Below, piece by piece: positions 22,875-35,076 of a stretch of 64,000 nt of DNA. This DNA comes from Ramazzottius varieornatus (taxonomy: Eukaryota > Animalia > Tardigrada). A program made the translations under genes and the position numbers. The stretch lies in contig BDGG01000009.1 in the NCBI GenBank assembly GCA_001949185.1, positions 290,465 through 354,464 on the forward strand, given 5' to 3'. Within the stretch, counting starts at the first letter, position 1, and every line of letters begins with the position of its first letter. The notes below the pieces were generated by a model. That model made no database searches. It was not told the origin of the DNA and was given only the letters and a program-made list of their open reading frames with translations.

Positions 22875-23542
22875 CGTCACCGAGGCTTTTCTTTCAGCGC
22901 TCATAAAGAGTCAAATAAAACCAGGGAGAAAAACTTTACCGTGGCGCTCCTAACCGATTCAGCTACCACTGACGTTGGTTAAGTTTCTATTCATACGTTT
23001 TCGGGTTTGGTTTGGTGGAAAGCGGAGGTTCAGTTTCGCTACACTTACTTTGTTGCCAGCTAACCCAACACTGGAAAATCTTCCAGGGGATAGAAACCAG
23101 TCTTGCGGATACACAACCAATACTTAGGTTCGTGGACCAGGAAGTCAACTATGGCGGTGGGTACTGTACAGTCTACATCCACTCGCACGTGTTTACCTCA
23201 GAGGAAAAGATTAATGAGGAACATTCGACACTTTGTAGGCTTTATAAGCTGCTACCCAGTTTTAGTAAGGCTAATAACAGCAAAGTGGTCATGCAGCTCC
23301 CGTTATCAGCAACTTTCGACCTTGAGCGCCGTTCAGCGTGTCAACTAACAAACGACAAAAATCGTAGACATCGTGAGTCAGTAGATCAGCTATGTCACAT
23401 TATGCGTCTGCTCATCCTGCTTGGTGCCTGGTGGCTGAGTTTCTGAAAGTCGAACACGGCTGTTCTTACCTCTTTCTTACATCCTACCAACTGTGGCAGC
23501 TTTGCTCGTCTTTTGCTTGCAGTTATCCGTAGCATAAATGCC

Positions 23543-26500
23543 ATGAGGAACAGGTTGCTTCAGCCACTTGAGACGAGGCTAGGGGGATCGAAAAGGTACC
23601 GGTTAATGTCTAACGTCAGATGTGCGTCTAATCAGCTGATGCGTGAGTTTGCAGATGCCTGAGCCTCCACATCCCAAAGATCTACCCATCTCGGCCGGCC
23701 ACAAAGCTCAAGGAAAGCTACATTCATTGTGCTTCCGACATCCCCTTTTTATCCACAACCTGCGGCAAACTCCTGGATTACCGCGCCGATACAACCGGCG
23801 ACACTATCGGTTATGTGTTTTCTCACCAGAACCTTCGCAAGACATACGGCGAACTGCGCAAGGATGCTAACAAACTGGCACATGGACTACTCAGTCTCGG
23901 ACTTCAGCCAGGAGATCGAATTGGTTGGATCGACCTCTTTCATCAAACGTGGAAAGCAAAAGCGAGAATATCTACAAGCTCAGCAAACAGACTCGACCAG
24001 ACCGTTTTCCCAAGTGACGCACACTTCGAGAAAAAGCGCTGACAATGTGCGCCGCTTGGAAATGGTCTGGTCGAGTCTGGTTTGTCTGGCGAATTCCTAC
24101 CTATAGATTTTCCGTTGCAGGGATATGGGGACCGAACTCGTACGAGTGGATCGTCAGTATGTTCGCGGCAGCCAAAGCGGGCTTGATTTTAGTCAGCGTC
24201 AATCCGGCGTACAAGGTTCACGAACTGGAATACTGTCTGAACAAAGTTCAGATGAAGGCGATCGTTGCGGCGGAAGGTGTCGGTCGTCTTCGTTACTACC
24301 CCTACTTTCAACAACTTTTTCCTGATCTGGATAAGAGCTCGAACCGCAATTTATCCAGCAAAAGGCAAGCCAAATTCAGTACGAACCGATGAACGTGGTC
24401 ATACGTTGCGACTATACTGAAATGCAGGGTACCACACTTGAAGCACGTCATCATGCTGACCAAAACATCGGAAAGTTTTCCTGGAACACTTGCTATGGAT
24501 GAAGTGGTCAACACAGCCTCGAAAGAGGATCGCCAGCGTATGGAAGGCATTGCGAAGGTTGTGCAGCCCGACGACCCATTCAACATCCAATTCACTTCCG
24601 GTACCACGGGTTCGCCAAAGGGGGCGACACTGTCGCACTTCAACATGATTAACTGCGCTTACTTCTCTGGCCTTCGTGTTGGTCTTGGCTTTCACGTAAG
24701 TACTAACAGATTCCGAACTTTTTATCGGCGCTGCATACCAGTCACGGAAGAGTCATATTGGGCGTTGGGCTACAATAATTCCATTTTTTCTTAAAAATTG
24801 CCTGGGGAGTCTGTGCCGAGCACGGCCCTGAGACACCTCGTTCGATAATAAAAAGGCCAGAAATAATTGGGACGTTGTCAAATGAATTCACCCACCTCCC
24901 CATGTCAAGCGGCGCACGTTGACATAGCTGTTGGCTAACAGTGCGCGTCTCTTGAGAAAACGGTCTGGGCAAACTCCGACGTCTCATCTGAATATTGATA
25001 TCTTCCAACGACCGGTTCGGACGATGCCACTTCCTTCCTTTGAAAGGAATGAGATTATCCCGATCTCACATTTTTGATTGATTGTTAGATCAACTCGTAC
25101 CTTTGCCCTCTGCCTTTGTACCACGTATACGCCTGTGTGGGGAACCTTCTTACCTGTACGGTACTCGGCAAGAAGGTTGTCTTCCCTTCGGAAAGGTTCG
25201 AAGCAGAAGCTGCCCTGAAAGCCATTCAGGACGAACAGACGGAATACATCAACGGGATTCCAATGATGTTTGGGGAGATTCTCAATCATCCGAACTTCGA
25301 CCAGTACGACGTATCTTCCATCAAAGGAGCCGGCCTTGGTGGTTCTCCCTGTCCGCCTGTTCTAATACGGGAATGCATAAAGAAATTCAACACACCGAAG
25401 ATTGGTGTAAGCTCCGTAAACTAACAGCTTGGTCTCTATCAGTGCGGTTTTTCCTCCCCAAAACGTCTTTTTGTAGTGTGGATATGGACAGACGGAATGC
25501 AGCCTTAGTTCGTTTGCTTCCTTCGCCGACGATTCGCCGCACGATTTGATCGAAACCGATGGATATCCTATGCATCATACTGAAGTATGAACATACTGTA
25601 CCAGTAACTACGTACACCCCAATGAAGTCCTTTTTCTGAATTCCGGAAAGACTTGCGTCGCATCCTTTCTTTAGGCGAAATTGGTCGACGGGCAAGGGAA
25701 TATTGTCCCATTGGGAACGGTGGGGGAAATCTGGACGCGAAATTATGGAACCATGTTAGGTTATTGGGATGAGGAGGAGAAGACCAAGGAAGTCAGACGT
25801 TCCGATCGATGGTTGATTTCCGGGTATTTTCGTCCATCATTTTGTCCGCTTAGACAGCAAGACGCTGGCACCGATTCTTCTATAGTTCATACTGTACACG
25901 TAGGACGAGATATTTTAGTACAGTCAAATTATGGGACAGGCGGGAGGGACGGCAAAATTGAAATTCGACCGTAGAAAAGCGTCGAAAAATGTATCGCTGG
26001 GAATCGGTCGCGTACGTACGTGCTCCCATACCGCCGTAGCGAAAAGGCCTGTCCCATAATATTTAATGTACCATTATTTCTCGTCCTGCGTGTACTTTAT
26101 ATGGGCTGGTTTAGTGATCTGGGTGTACTGAGTGAGAACGGTTCCCTCAAGATCGTTGGGCGTGTCAAGGACATGATCATCCGCGGTGGTGAGAACGTCT
26201 ATCCAGTGGAGATCGAGAACGTCTTGCTGACACATCCAAAGGTGGCCAGTGTAGCGGTGTGCGGGGTTCCTGATAGGCGGATGGGCGAAGAAATCTGTGC
26301 TTGGATCAGACTGAAAGATCAGGCTGATGGCAAGACCGAAGACGATACTACAAAGGCGGAAACAGTGGAGAGAGAACTGAAGACATTTTGCCTTGATAAG
26401 GTAGAGCCTGAACGGCCAATCAAGATTTTCAGGGTGCATTGCATGAAAAATTTATTTTTGAATTTTCAGCTGGCCAAGTACAAGACGCCCAAGTTGTTCG

Positions 26501-26631
26501 TTTTTTACAAGTCGCCGGCCGAAATTCCGATGACTGTCACGGGGAAAGTGCAAAAGCACAAACTGACGGACATGTCTGTAGAACGACTCCAACTCGAACG
26601 TTTTGACAGAGCTCAAAGTGCGTCAACATGA
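23543..26631 (+). CDS. ACSF2: Acyl-CoA synthetase family member 2 (mitochondrial-type)
   Basis: GDRIGIWGPNSYEW, NIQFTSGTTGSPKGATLSH, YGQTECSL, GDLG..IVGRVKDMIIRGGENVYPVEIE, PMTVTGKVQK. Confidence 0.9.
23980..24092. repeat. Palindromic element copy 11 (ACSF2 intron)
   Basis: gcaaacagactcgaccagaccgttttcccaagtgacgca-N26-tgcgccgcttggaaatggtctggtcgagtctg. Confidence 0.9.
24874..24980. repeat. Palindromic element copy 12, degenerate (ACSF2 intron)
   Basis: tcaagcggcgcac..gcgcgtctcttgagaaaacggtctggg. Confidence 0.65.
25894..26095. mobile_element. MITE in ACSF2 intron (same family as 907-1092)
   Basis: TIR gtacacgtaggacgaga / tctcgtcctgcgtgtac, plus inner attatgggacagg / cctgtcccataat. Confidence 0.8.
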
Positions 26632-26768
26632 GAGCTTGTTGTGTTTCGCTTGAGTGTTCACACTTAATACCAACGAACTCGAAAATTTATCTGTACATAC
26701 ATTTTTGATACGTATCGTTTTTGTTGTCAAGCAGAGTTTTCGCAGAGCTGAAAAAATATTAAACAAAG

Positions 26769-28121
26769 TTAAGCGTGTTTCCTGGCCATTTTCTTAATGA
26801 GCTTCATAGAGGAAGAAGTTTTCTTGGGTGCGTCGTCTTCCCGATCGGCATCTGACGAATCGGCATCCTGGTCGTCAACATCGTCCTGGTGCGAGGTGGA
26901 CGAGCTTGAGTGATCATGCGCCTTGACCTTGTCTATCGTCGCTGTAAGGACAGGAAGAGATGAGCCATCAACGGCGGGAATGGAAGCCGCGCTCTTCTTG
27001 TCCATCATGGCCTTTTTTAGACTGGCCTTATCGTCACTCTTGACAGTGAACTGGCCCCTAACTTTGGTCATCTGACCAAGGTGAGGTATGTCAATATCGC
27101 CATCGTCAACTGTGATGGGGGCAGTGCTAGCGCCGCCACTTACGCTGCTGGCACTGGCTTTGGCGTGACCGCTCTTGTCGTCCGCTCGACCGCCGTATGA
27201 ATTTGAGTTTGTGTTGGAGGATGAGCCGTGATATCCTGAGTTGCCGTTGCTGTTACCGTTACCACCGTAACTGCCACCATTACCGTGGTCACCACCTCCG
27301 TATCCGCCACCTCCGATTACACCGCCGCCGACAACGCCACCTAGGCCGGTTACGTCGAGAACTGGGTAAGGAATATCGGCCTGGAGACCTTCGAACTGCG
27401 GTATATCTGCGAGTACAAGGATGGTTAAACTTTCGACCGGGAAACCAAAAGCAATAAATGGTGTATGGGACGTCAGCAAAGAGAATGGACATGATCGTTG
27501 TCTGAAGCGGCGCAGGTTGTCGTTGTTAGTGGTTGGAAGCGTGTGCCACTTGCGAATTGTTTTCCCAAGTGGTGCACGATCTCGTGGTTCTTGGCCAAAA
27601 TATGCGCCACTTTGAGAAAACTATCATGTTCAAGTCACCTGCCGAAGTTTTTACAACAAGGAACGATTACCTAAAGCAGGCGCGTCGAAAACTGGAAAGT
27701 CCAAAGCTGGGATCTACAGAAACGGTAAAATATGAGCCAGACTGCGTGGCTGCTCCGTCAGTCGGTAATAACAGCTGGGTCGCCAAAATTGGGATGCACT
27801 TAGGCCTTATTATGGGCTCACCTCAAACACCGGCGCTTCAATGGTGTCGATTCCGAAGCTGATGGGTTCGGGATAGAAGTTGACGTTGAGACCCACTCCT
27901 CCTCCGATTCCACCAAAGCCGCCACCAAAGCCGCCACCAAATCCCCCTCCAATGTTTCCACCAGATCCTGATCCATATCCTCCGCCACCGCCACCCCCAC
28001 CTCCATAGCCCGACTTGCCTTGAGGAACGGCATCGCCAGTGGAGTGGGAGCTGCTGCTGTAGCTTTGCACTTGGACCAGACCGGAAAGTACCGCTGTGCA
28101 GGCTATTAATATCGACTTCAT
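26769..28121 (-). CDS. Secreted Gly-rich low-complexity protein (structural/cuticle/egg-shell-like), 2 exons
   Basis: Signal peptide MKSILIACTAVLSGLVQVQS, GGY/GGF repeats, junction APVFE|..IPQFEG, acidic/basic disordered tail. Confidence 0.75.
27473..27645. repeat. Palindromic element copy 13, double core (Gly-rich gene intron)
   Basis: aagcggcgca..tgtgccacttg..caagtggtgcac..tgcgccacttt..ctgccga. Confidence 0.85.
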
Positions 28122-29015
28122 GGTTCAGAATAAAAGGAAGCGGTTACCCCGAGATGCGTTCCACTAAAGAGTTTCCACTACAGAATAGCCGATAACGAAA
28201 GTCAGGGCAATAACAAAGATCCCCACTGTACGAACAAAATTTTAAAAAAGTTACTGGAGTGTGAAAAATGTATTACGTTCGAAGTATTTTATACAGGTCT
28301 ATCTTTAGTCTTGTTCAAATTAGTTGCATCGAACTTTTGCGCGCTCGCTAGTCCGCACCTAAACTTGTGGCCATGGACTTGAAAATTGCTCCGATCATAG
28401 GCAAACAGGTGGCAACAAAGGACGAATATAGGCTGACGGAACTGCTAGCTGTGGTGGAGTACCGTTTACAAGTTCTTGCGAGCGAAGGAACTCTATCAGT
28501 TTGCGTGGACTACAGTCGTTTGTCATCACGTACTATCTACCGACTATACGAAGATGTGACCATGGATGCTGTACGCGGTCGAACGCGAAACATTGCACGA
28601 TGCTCTACTTTTGAGAAAGCCTCATGTTTCCAACTGTGCAGTATAAAGTTTTTGCATTTAAAATACATCTCTGGTCATTCAAAATAAACCATCAGGCTGC
28701 TACCATCAAACAAGATCCACTATACTAACGCGAGTTGAGGTCCTAAATTCCGTGCTGAATTCTGCGACGGAAGAAATCAATTTTTCAAAAACGTTCGTGG
28801 TCCTTGCTCATCGGTATACCCGCCTTTCGCACCGTAAAAAAGGGCTGAGCGGCGAAATCGAGGATCGAACCATCAATAATCAGGCGCAGTTTGACCCGCT
28901 CTACAGCCAGAAAGAGAGAGTTCTGTTTCTCAAACGTTGCTTTATGCGCTTCGCTGTCTCTAAACCGTTAACGGCCAACAACTTGGCGTACGAACTTTGC
29001 GGAACAGTACGTTTA

Positions 29016-31329
29016 TCAGCGCGGTATGAAATTTATTAGATGGTGCTGAGTATCGCAAACCAAACCACGCGTCTGAGTCAAGTCCAGTCTACCATTGATC
29101 TGTAATGTAAAGCGCTGTAACACCGCAGCGAGGATCATGTAGACTTCGGCTTTGGCCAGGGCTTCGCCCACGCACCGGCGCTTTCCCACAGAGAACGGCA
29201 TCACCTTGTCAGACGTCACAAATTTCCCCTCGCCATCGATAAAGCGCGAAGGATCAAAGACCTCTGGGTGGCTCCAGTACTTTTCGCTGAAGTGGACGTA
29301 ATGCAAATTCGCGATGACCCACGTGTCTGTCAAAAACAAAAGAAAAATGCTTTGTCTTCTCTAACGATGTCGATCGATGTGAGACGTCGGCAAATGACCT
29401 GCACACAAGTTTTTCCGAAGTGGCGCAACACCCGTGGTAAATGACACTGAGATCGTGCACCTCTTGAGAAAATCTTGTCGCGCTTTTCCCAAGTAGCGTA
29501 CATTTCCAGCCGACACCAAGGGCAACGTGCGCCACGTTCATCTCATCTGCCGACCTTCGAAACGGAAGATCGAATCAGCCGAGATACCTTCCGGCACAAA
29601 GTACCCGTTGATCGTCATGTCTTTCTCCACACGGTGACCGATGCCGGTAGGAACAATGCTGGCGAAACGATGGACTTCGAGAAGAGTGGCTTCGTAGTAG
29701 GGGAGGGGATAGTTGTCCGACACGGAAGGGATAGTGTTCTGCGGGACAATGTGATCAAGTTCAAGCTGAACGGTCTTCTGTACTTCCGGATAAGCACACA
29801 TCAGCAGGAACGCCTGACAATTATTCAACTTCGATTTTGTGTGCGAAAGACGTGATTCATGACAGGGAATGTACCCAATGCAGAGTACAGTTTGACGTGT
29901 CGAACCCGGCTTCGAACATATCCTCCACCATCAGCCCTAGTCCATTCACTGAAAAGCATCGAAACCTGGGAAGTTGGCAAACAAATCGAACCTGATCACT
30001 ATCCCAAGTGGCGCACCTTCACATCGTTATTGATCGAGAGCGTGCGCCACTAAAGGAAACGGTCCCGCTGAGTTCATTGCCGACGTTCAAATTACTGCCT
30101 GACAGCAGGAAAGCCGTGTGGTAAACGTGAAAGGAAAAGTAACGGCTCTTGTGGGTTTGCTTACTAGTGAACGAAGAGAGTTGCTTTGCTTGGACGGTAT
30201 GCACATAGCGCTCCATGAAATCCACAGTGACGTCATCGCGGCCAGTTGCGTTCGACAGCTTCAGCGCCTGCTCTGTCACATCTCCAAACTTTTGCTTGCA
30301 AACTCCGTCAATAAACACAGCGATTTCTTTTGTCCGCCTGAATACGGACTTTTGCGTCTTTCGTAAAAACACCCGAGTCCATGGAAGGATATTCCACAGA
30401 AATTTGGCATTATCTTCCCGCAAAGCGTCTTGCACATTGTCCACGAACCTCAGAAAATTAGCGTCGTTCTTGTCGTAACGTGCTCCACTCAAGACTCTGG
30501 AAATAATGTTAGCCACGGTGGCGTGCAAAGGGATCTTGTAGTCGAAATCCTCTCGCAACCCATCCTTCTTCAACGCATCGATGAATTCTCCAACTTCTTC
30601 GATGATTTTTTGCTGCATGCCGGCTCTGCCCATGCCTAAATCCCGCATGGTTTGCAAAGTGAAGCGCCGGTGCTCGCGCCAGTGCTGCCTACAAAAAAAC
30701 ACACATGAACATCCAGCTGCCAGTTCGGCAGGCAAACTGGACAAGATTGGGTTTCCAAGTGACGCACTTTTCCGATGTTATTGGCTGAAAGCGTGCGGCA
30801 GTTGGACAACGATCTTGCAAAGTGGCGCATGTATCCGGTGTAATCAGCTGGCGGGGTGAGCCACTTGGAATAATCCTGTCGGACTTGTTTGACGAGTTCT
30901 AATCTAATCTCAAAATGATATGAGCCAGAAGGCGCATCTCCATTTTTTTCTAAAGTTTTCTGCTTACCCCTCAGCCATGATGATCCCATGCGAATTTCCG
31001 TTCAGTTCGCTCCGTAGTTTGATGATAGGCAACTGCGGTCTTCCGGAGACGACATCCTTGTTGAAGACTTCGCGAATCAAGGCAGGGTCGTTTAGAACCA
31101 CTGCTTCATATGGGCCCATCCGAAAGGAGAAAACGTCGCCATACCTGTCGGCCCATGCTCTGAATGGTCCTACAATTCCATGTGCCGCTACGATCTTAGG
31201 TAAAGCCCCTATCAACGGATAGTTCATCGGTCCCGGAGCATATTTCCTCCACCGTCTATAGATTTCGAAACAGACGGTGGTCCCGCACGCCGTCAATAGA
31301 ATAGCCAGAAGCCATATGATGAAGTCCAT
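29016..31329 (-). CDS. Cytochrome P450, CYP2 clan
   Basis: N-terminal anchor + PGP, WREHRRF, I-helix AGFDT, EVHR, FDPSRF, heme motif PFSVGKRRCVG. Confidence 0.93.
29386..29554. repeat. Palindromic element copy 14, double core (CYP intron)
   Basis: gtcggcaaat..aagtggcgca..tgcacctctt..caagtagcgtac..gtgcgccac..tgccgac. Confidence 0.85.
29974..30084. repeat. Palindromic element copy 15 (CYP intron)
   Basis: ttggcaaacaaa..caagtggcgca-N27-tgcgccact..ttgccgac. Confidence 0.9.
30725..30895. repeat. Palindromic element copy 16, double core (CYP intron 1)
   Basis: caagtgacgcac..gtgcggcagttg..aagtggcgca..tgagccacttg..ttgtttgacga. Confidence 0.85.
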
Positions 31330-31820
31330 TCTTCACCCAGTCAGCCGAAGATACGAAATATAACTTTGAGTGAGATATGACCCTGTGAAGCCTGTATTAC
31401 TGTATCTCGCGCTGTGCCGATGCAAAAGATAGCGCATTGCGCCGTGATAGCATCGAGGTGACGTAACTTCAAATTGGATGCTATCTTTCTTGATAAACCT
31501 GGGGAAATCAAAAGCGACGCAAAAGCGGGCTAGTGTGTAGAAGTTTTTTTTTGTGGAAGGAACGCATGTCCATAAAGTACGGACGACTTATTCCAGCTGT
31601 TGTTAGCTGGAGGGAAAACTAGGGGAAAACCCGCTTTGTTGTGAAGTCGCATAACGTACCCCACGTTAAATTTTAACGCGTACATGTACTACATTGACGA
31701 ACCCACATGTACACTAGCTAAAGGAGTTTGCCGAACCACGAATGGAACAGCCTGCAGCTATACGTACGGTTTCGCACACAAGTAAAAGACAGGTTGATAC
31801 TACGTAATCTACGCAGTAAT

Positions 31821-33230
31821 CTACGCAGTGGATGTCGAGGGGATACTGATGGCATTAATCAGAGCTTGAGCGGCTCGTTCGGCATCGTGGGTGGTGGCGT
31901 TGGCAAGAGTGTGAGCCAGTGGCTGCAGAGGAGGTCGTAAGGCGAATGGGGACGGCGAATACTGGAACGGTTGTGGACTGGGGCTGTGAGGCAAGAATGG
32001 CGATCCGGGAGGACCCAGAGGTCCCACCGGTCTGGCCCACGAATACTGCTGGTTGAGGAAGGAAATTGGCTGGTATGTGGAAATGGCGGACGGATACGGG
32101 CCCAGAGGCTGTACAGGTGGCGTTGCTGATGCCGTGGTCGACCAGGCTGGACCACCAGGTTGCGTGTTGACGTAAGGATACCCCATACTCTGCAACAAAA
32201 CCGTGCGTGATATTTATCTCTAATCTTTCGCTGGAACGAGCTAAGTATGAGTGGAAAAAACCACAATGTGTCAGCACTGTATATCATTTGGGAGGCCGGT
32301 AAAGCTGACGCACAAGATCGGGATCTGAAGTGGCGCATGCTGCCGGCTAATAGTGACCGGAACATGCGCCACTTGATGCGCCGCGTTTCGGTCTCTTGCC
32401 ATCTAACTCACGAACAACTGGTGATGTCTTGTACGCAGATGTTCGTTTGTATTAGGTAGCGTTTTGTTAAAATCTTTACTAAGGTCAAGAACTTGGACCG
32501 CACAACAATTACTGCTCACCGGGTAAAATGGATAAGGACCCATGTTGTGCGCCTGATCTCCATTGGGAGTCACTTGCCGTCCTTCAGCGGTTTGTCCTTT
32601 GTGGCCATCGTTGTCAGTTCGAACTTTGCATTCAAGACAGAGAAAACGACAGTTGCCGTTCTGGAAGCAACAGCAACAAGCATTGGCGCAATAGGTCTTT
32701 AACCACACCGGTACTTTGGGTAACGACGTCTTCCACGTGGGCAGCCACTTGCACCCGTCCTTTAACTTGCATTTGTCAAACAAGCTACAGTCCATATTCA
32801 TCCCATGGCAGGTGACCAATTTCTGGCAGTTTGGCATTTTTGTCGGGCAGCATTTCTTCCATAAGGACTGCAGGTGCGCGACACAGGCTGGTGGGCAAAT
32901 ACCGGTACACTGGCCGCTGAAACACGGAAGGTTCGGGCAAGAGATGCGCGGACATACGGGACCACGGATCGCGCGCTGTTTCAGACATTTATAGATGAGA
33001 CAAACCAGTATGGCCAAGGCAACGTAGGCGGAAACGGCCACCACAACTATCAACGTTGTACTCCATGATGTCCCTCTGGACGGGTTTTCAACGAAGAAAG
33101 GCCGCAGTACGGGGGAAAAGTCCGACGAGGAACTGTTCTCGTACTGGTAATAAGGCAAGACGAAGTGAGGGAAATGCGGCAGAGAATTCGATGAGAAACT
33201 CGTCACGTTAGTCTCGTTCCAACTGGCCAT
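31821..33230 (-). CDS. Single-pass membrane protein with Cys-rich juxtamembrane region and Pro-rich tail
   Basis: N-glycosylation sequons, TM LIVVVAVSAYVALAILVCLIY, many Cys (CANACCCCF), and a phase-0 splice to the Pro/Gln/Tyr-rich last exon. Confidence 0.6.
32296..32401. repeat. Palindromic element copy 17 (Cys-rich TM gene intron)
   Basis: aagtggcgca-N27-tgcgccacttg. Confidence 0.85.
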
Positions 33231-33364
33231 AGTATCCAGCTGGAGCAAACTTCTGGTCGCGGATTTTCAGATCAACACACGCAGTGGATTTCACCAGAGG
33301 TAGTACTGGACATGTAGGTTGATGTTCTCAGACTTTCAGGCTACATCTTCGGGCTTACAGAAGG

Positions 33365-33414
33365 NNNNNNNNNNNNNNNNNNNNNNNNNNNNNNNNNNNN
33401 NNNNNNNNNNNNNN
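33365..33414. other. Assembly gap (N run)
   Basis: Run of n characters. Confidence 0.99.
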
Positions 33415-33908
33415 AACTATTTTAGCCGACTCACATCAATAAATCAATGAAACGCACAATACAGTTTAGCCGTGGATAAGAGTATTTTAGCTGCTTTAGC
33501 CGCGGCTTAAATTTTTTCTAGTCACGGCTTAGAACGGCTAAAGCGGCTTATTTTAGCTTCGCCGAGCCTTCTATATTCGAGCTCATGAAAAATATTAGTG
33601 GGAATATTAAGAGCCCGTCTTGCGGTTTATCGTCGTCACAGTTCAGCCTACGATATATCGAAACTCGAGAAGAATATTCAGGAGAGAGCTCCTCGATCGA
33701 TAAAATACGGGAAAAATCTTCCGTCACAGACTTGGGAGCCTAAGCAGCAGGGTACATTCGACACAGAGCCAAGCGTTCCAGAAGAGAAACTCAAATCAAT
33801 AAAAAGAGGAGATCGATCGATCGATCGGCCAGGTGTATTTACACGGAAGAAAGGCTAATGATAAAAGGTAGCGTGCACACAACCAGGAAGAGGAAGGGAA
33901 ATGTCTCG

Positions 33909-34802
33909 TTAACGATGACTGTGTCCATGATGGTGAAGCATGCCTCTCCTCGGCGTCAGATAGAAATTAGCCCCGAAGTTAATCGAACCCCGATTATCGG
34001 CATCACGCAACTGATATTGAAAGCTCTTTCTAATTAGCTCTTGGACATCCGGACAGTTCCATATAGCTTCGTCATTAGACGCATCCTCAAGGCAGGTCTT
34101 GGTTAGCAGCGGCCACCGAATATGCTTCAACAGTTGAAGGTACTGCAAATGGTGGTTCTCAGGGTCAGCCTTGTACCAGCCGCGCACCGCTGCCAGCACC
34201 ACATCTTCCGACTTGACGTTCAAGTCATCAATGGCAATGATACTGACCACTTCCGGTGCGTTAGCTACCTTGAAGCAGTCGGTGACAGAGACAGCGGCGA
34301 AGTTCTTGGAGATGAAGAATGTGACGTATTTGAGGACGATGCCCAGCAAGCTGGAATCGGCCGGTGTCAGACAGCTTTCGTCGTTGATAAACTGCCACAG
34401 TATCCGCTGGTACTTCATGCAATTGGATAGTTTGGTATTCTTCTCAATGTACCGACAGGCTTCTTCCAGGATGCCTCGACAACCCAGGTTGATGCCGGTG
34501 CGGAGAACATTCTCTAAATTGAGCTCGGTGATGCGTAACGGCTGAAAGCTAAACTTGAAGGAACATTCGATAATCATCTCTAGTGCGTCAGCGTCGATAT
34601 TCTTGAAGGAAAAGTAGGACTGGTCTCGGTGTGATTCAAATATCTCGCGAAGCGTCATGCTGATGACGGAGAGAAGAAGACGATTGCCGCGAACTTCGCG
34701 CTCTTGAACGGATAATGTTATGTCGTAAATATCTTGACTTTCACGCATCTGGTTCAACACAGAAACAAACTCCAAGATTAAATCTTTACTGATCGTCGCC
34801 AT
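33909..34802 (-). CDS. BTB-BACK domain protein without Kelch repeats
   Basis: LNQMRESQDIYDITLSV..NRLLLSVIS (BTB); DDLNVKSEDVVLAAVRGW..LLKHIRWPLL (BACK); stop shortly after TPRR. Confidence 0.8.
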   Translation of the reverse strand: MATISKDLILEFVSVLNQMRESQDIYDITLSVQEREVRGNRLLLSVISMTLREIFESHRDQSYFSFKNIDADALEMIIECSFKFSFQPLRITELNLENVLRTGINLGCRGILEEACRYIEKNTKLSNCMKYQRILWQFINDESCLTPADSSLLGIVLKYVTFFISKNFAAVSVTDCFKVANAPEVVSIIAIDDLNVKSEDVVLAAVRGWYKADPENHHLQYLQLLKHIRWPLLTKTCLEDASNDEAIWNCPDVQELIRKSFQYQLRDADNRGSINFGANFYLTPRRGMLHHHGHSHR

Positions 34803-35076
34803 TATGTTCAGCAAGTGGTTCCTGACAAATCATGTAAAGTTAGGGCATCAACAAGCAAGGAAACAGGCATATTATATTTTCATGATTCAAAAAAAAAGGC
34901 GGGCATTTTTTCCGGAAGAATTGTTGCCGCGCGATAAGGCATCGTGCCTATAAATAGTAACATCAATCGCAGTAACATCTCTATAAAGAAATAAGAACAT
35001 TGCGAGGAAGCAGCGTGATAAAACTAGAGGTTCAGAAACGACAGACCGAAGTCTAGAGCACAAGGGTACTGTAAAA

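Noticed and set aside
33415-33570. tttagccg/cggcta motifs beside the N gap
   Set aside because: Probably the end of a repeat truncated by the gap; boundaries cannot be defined.
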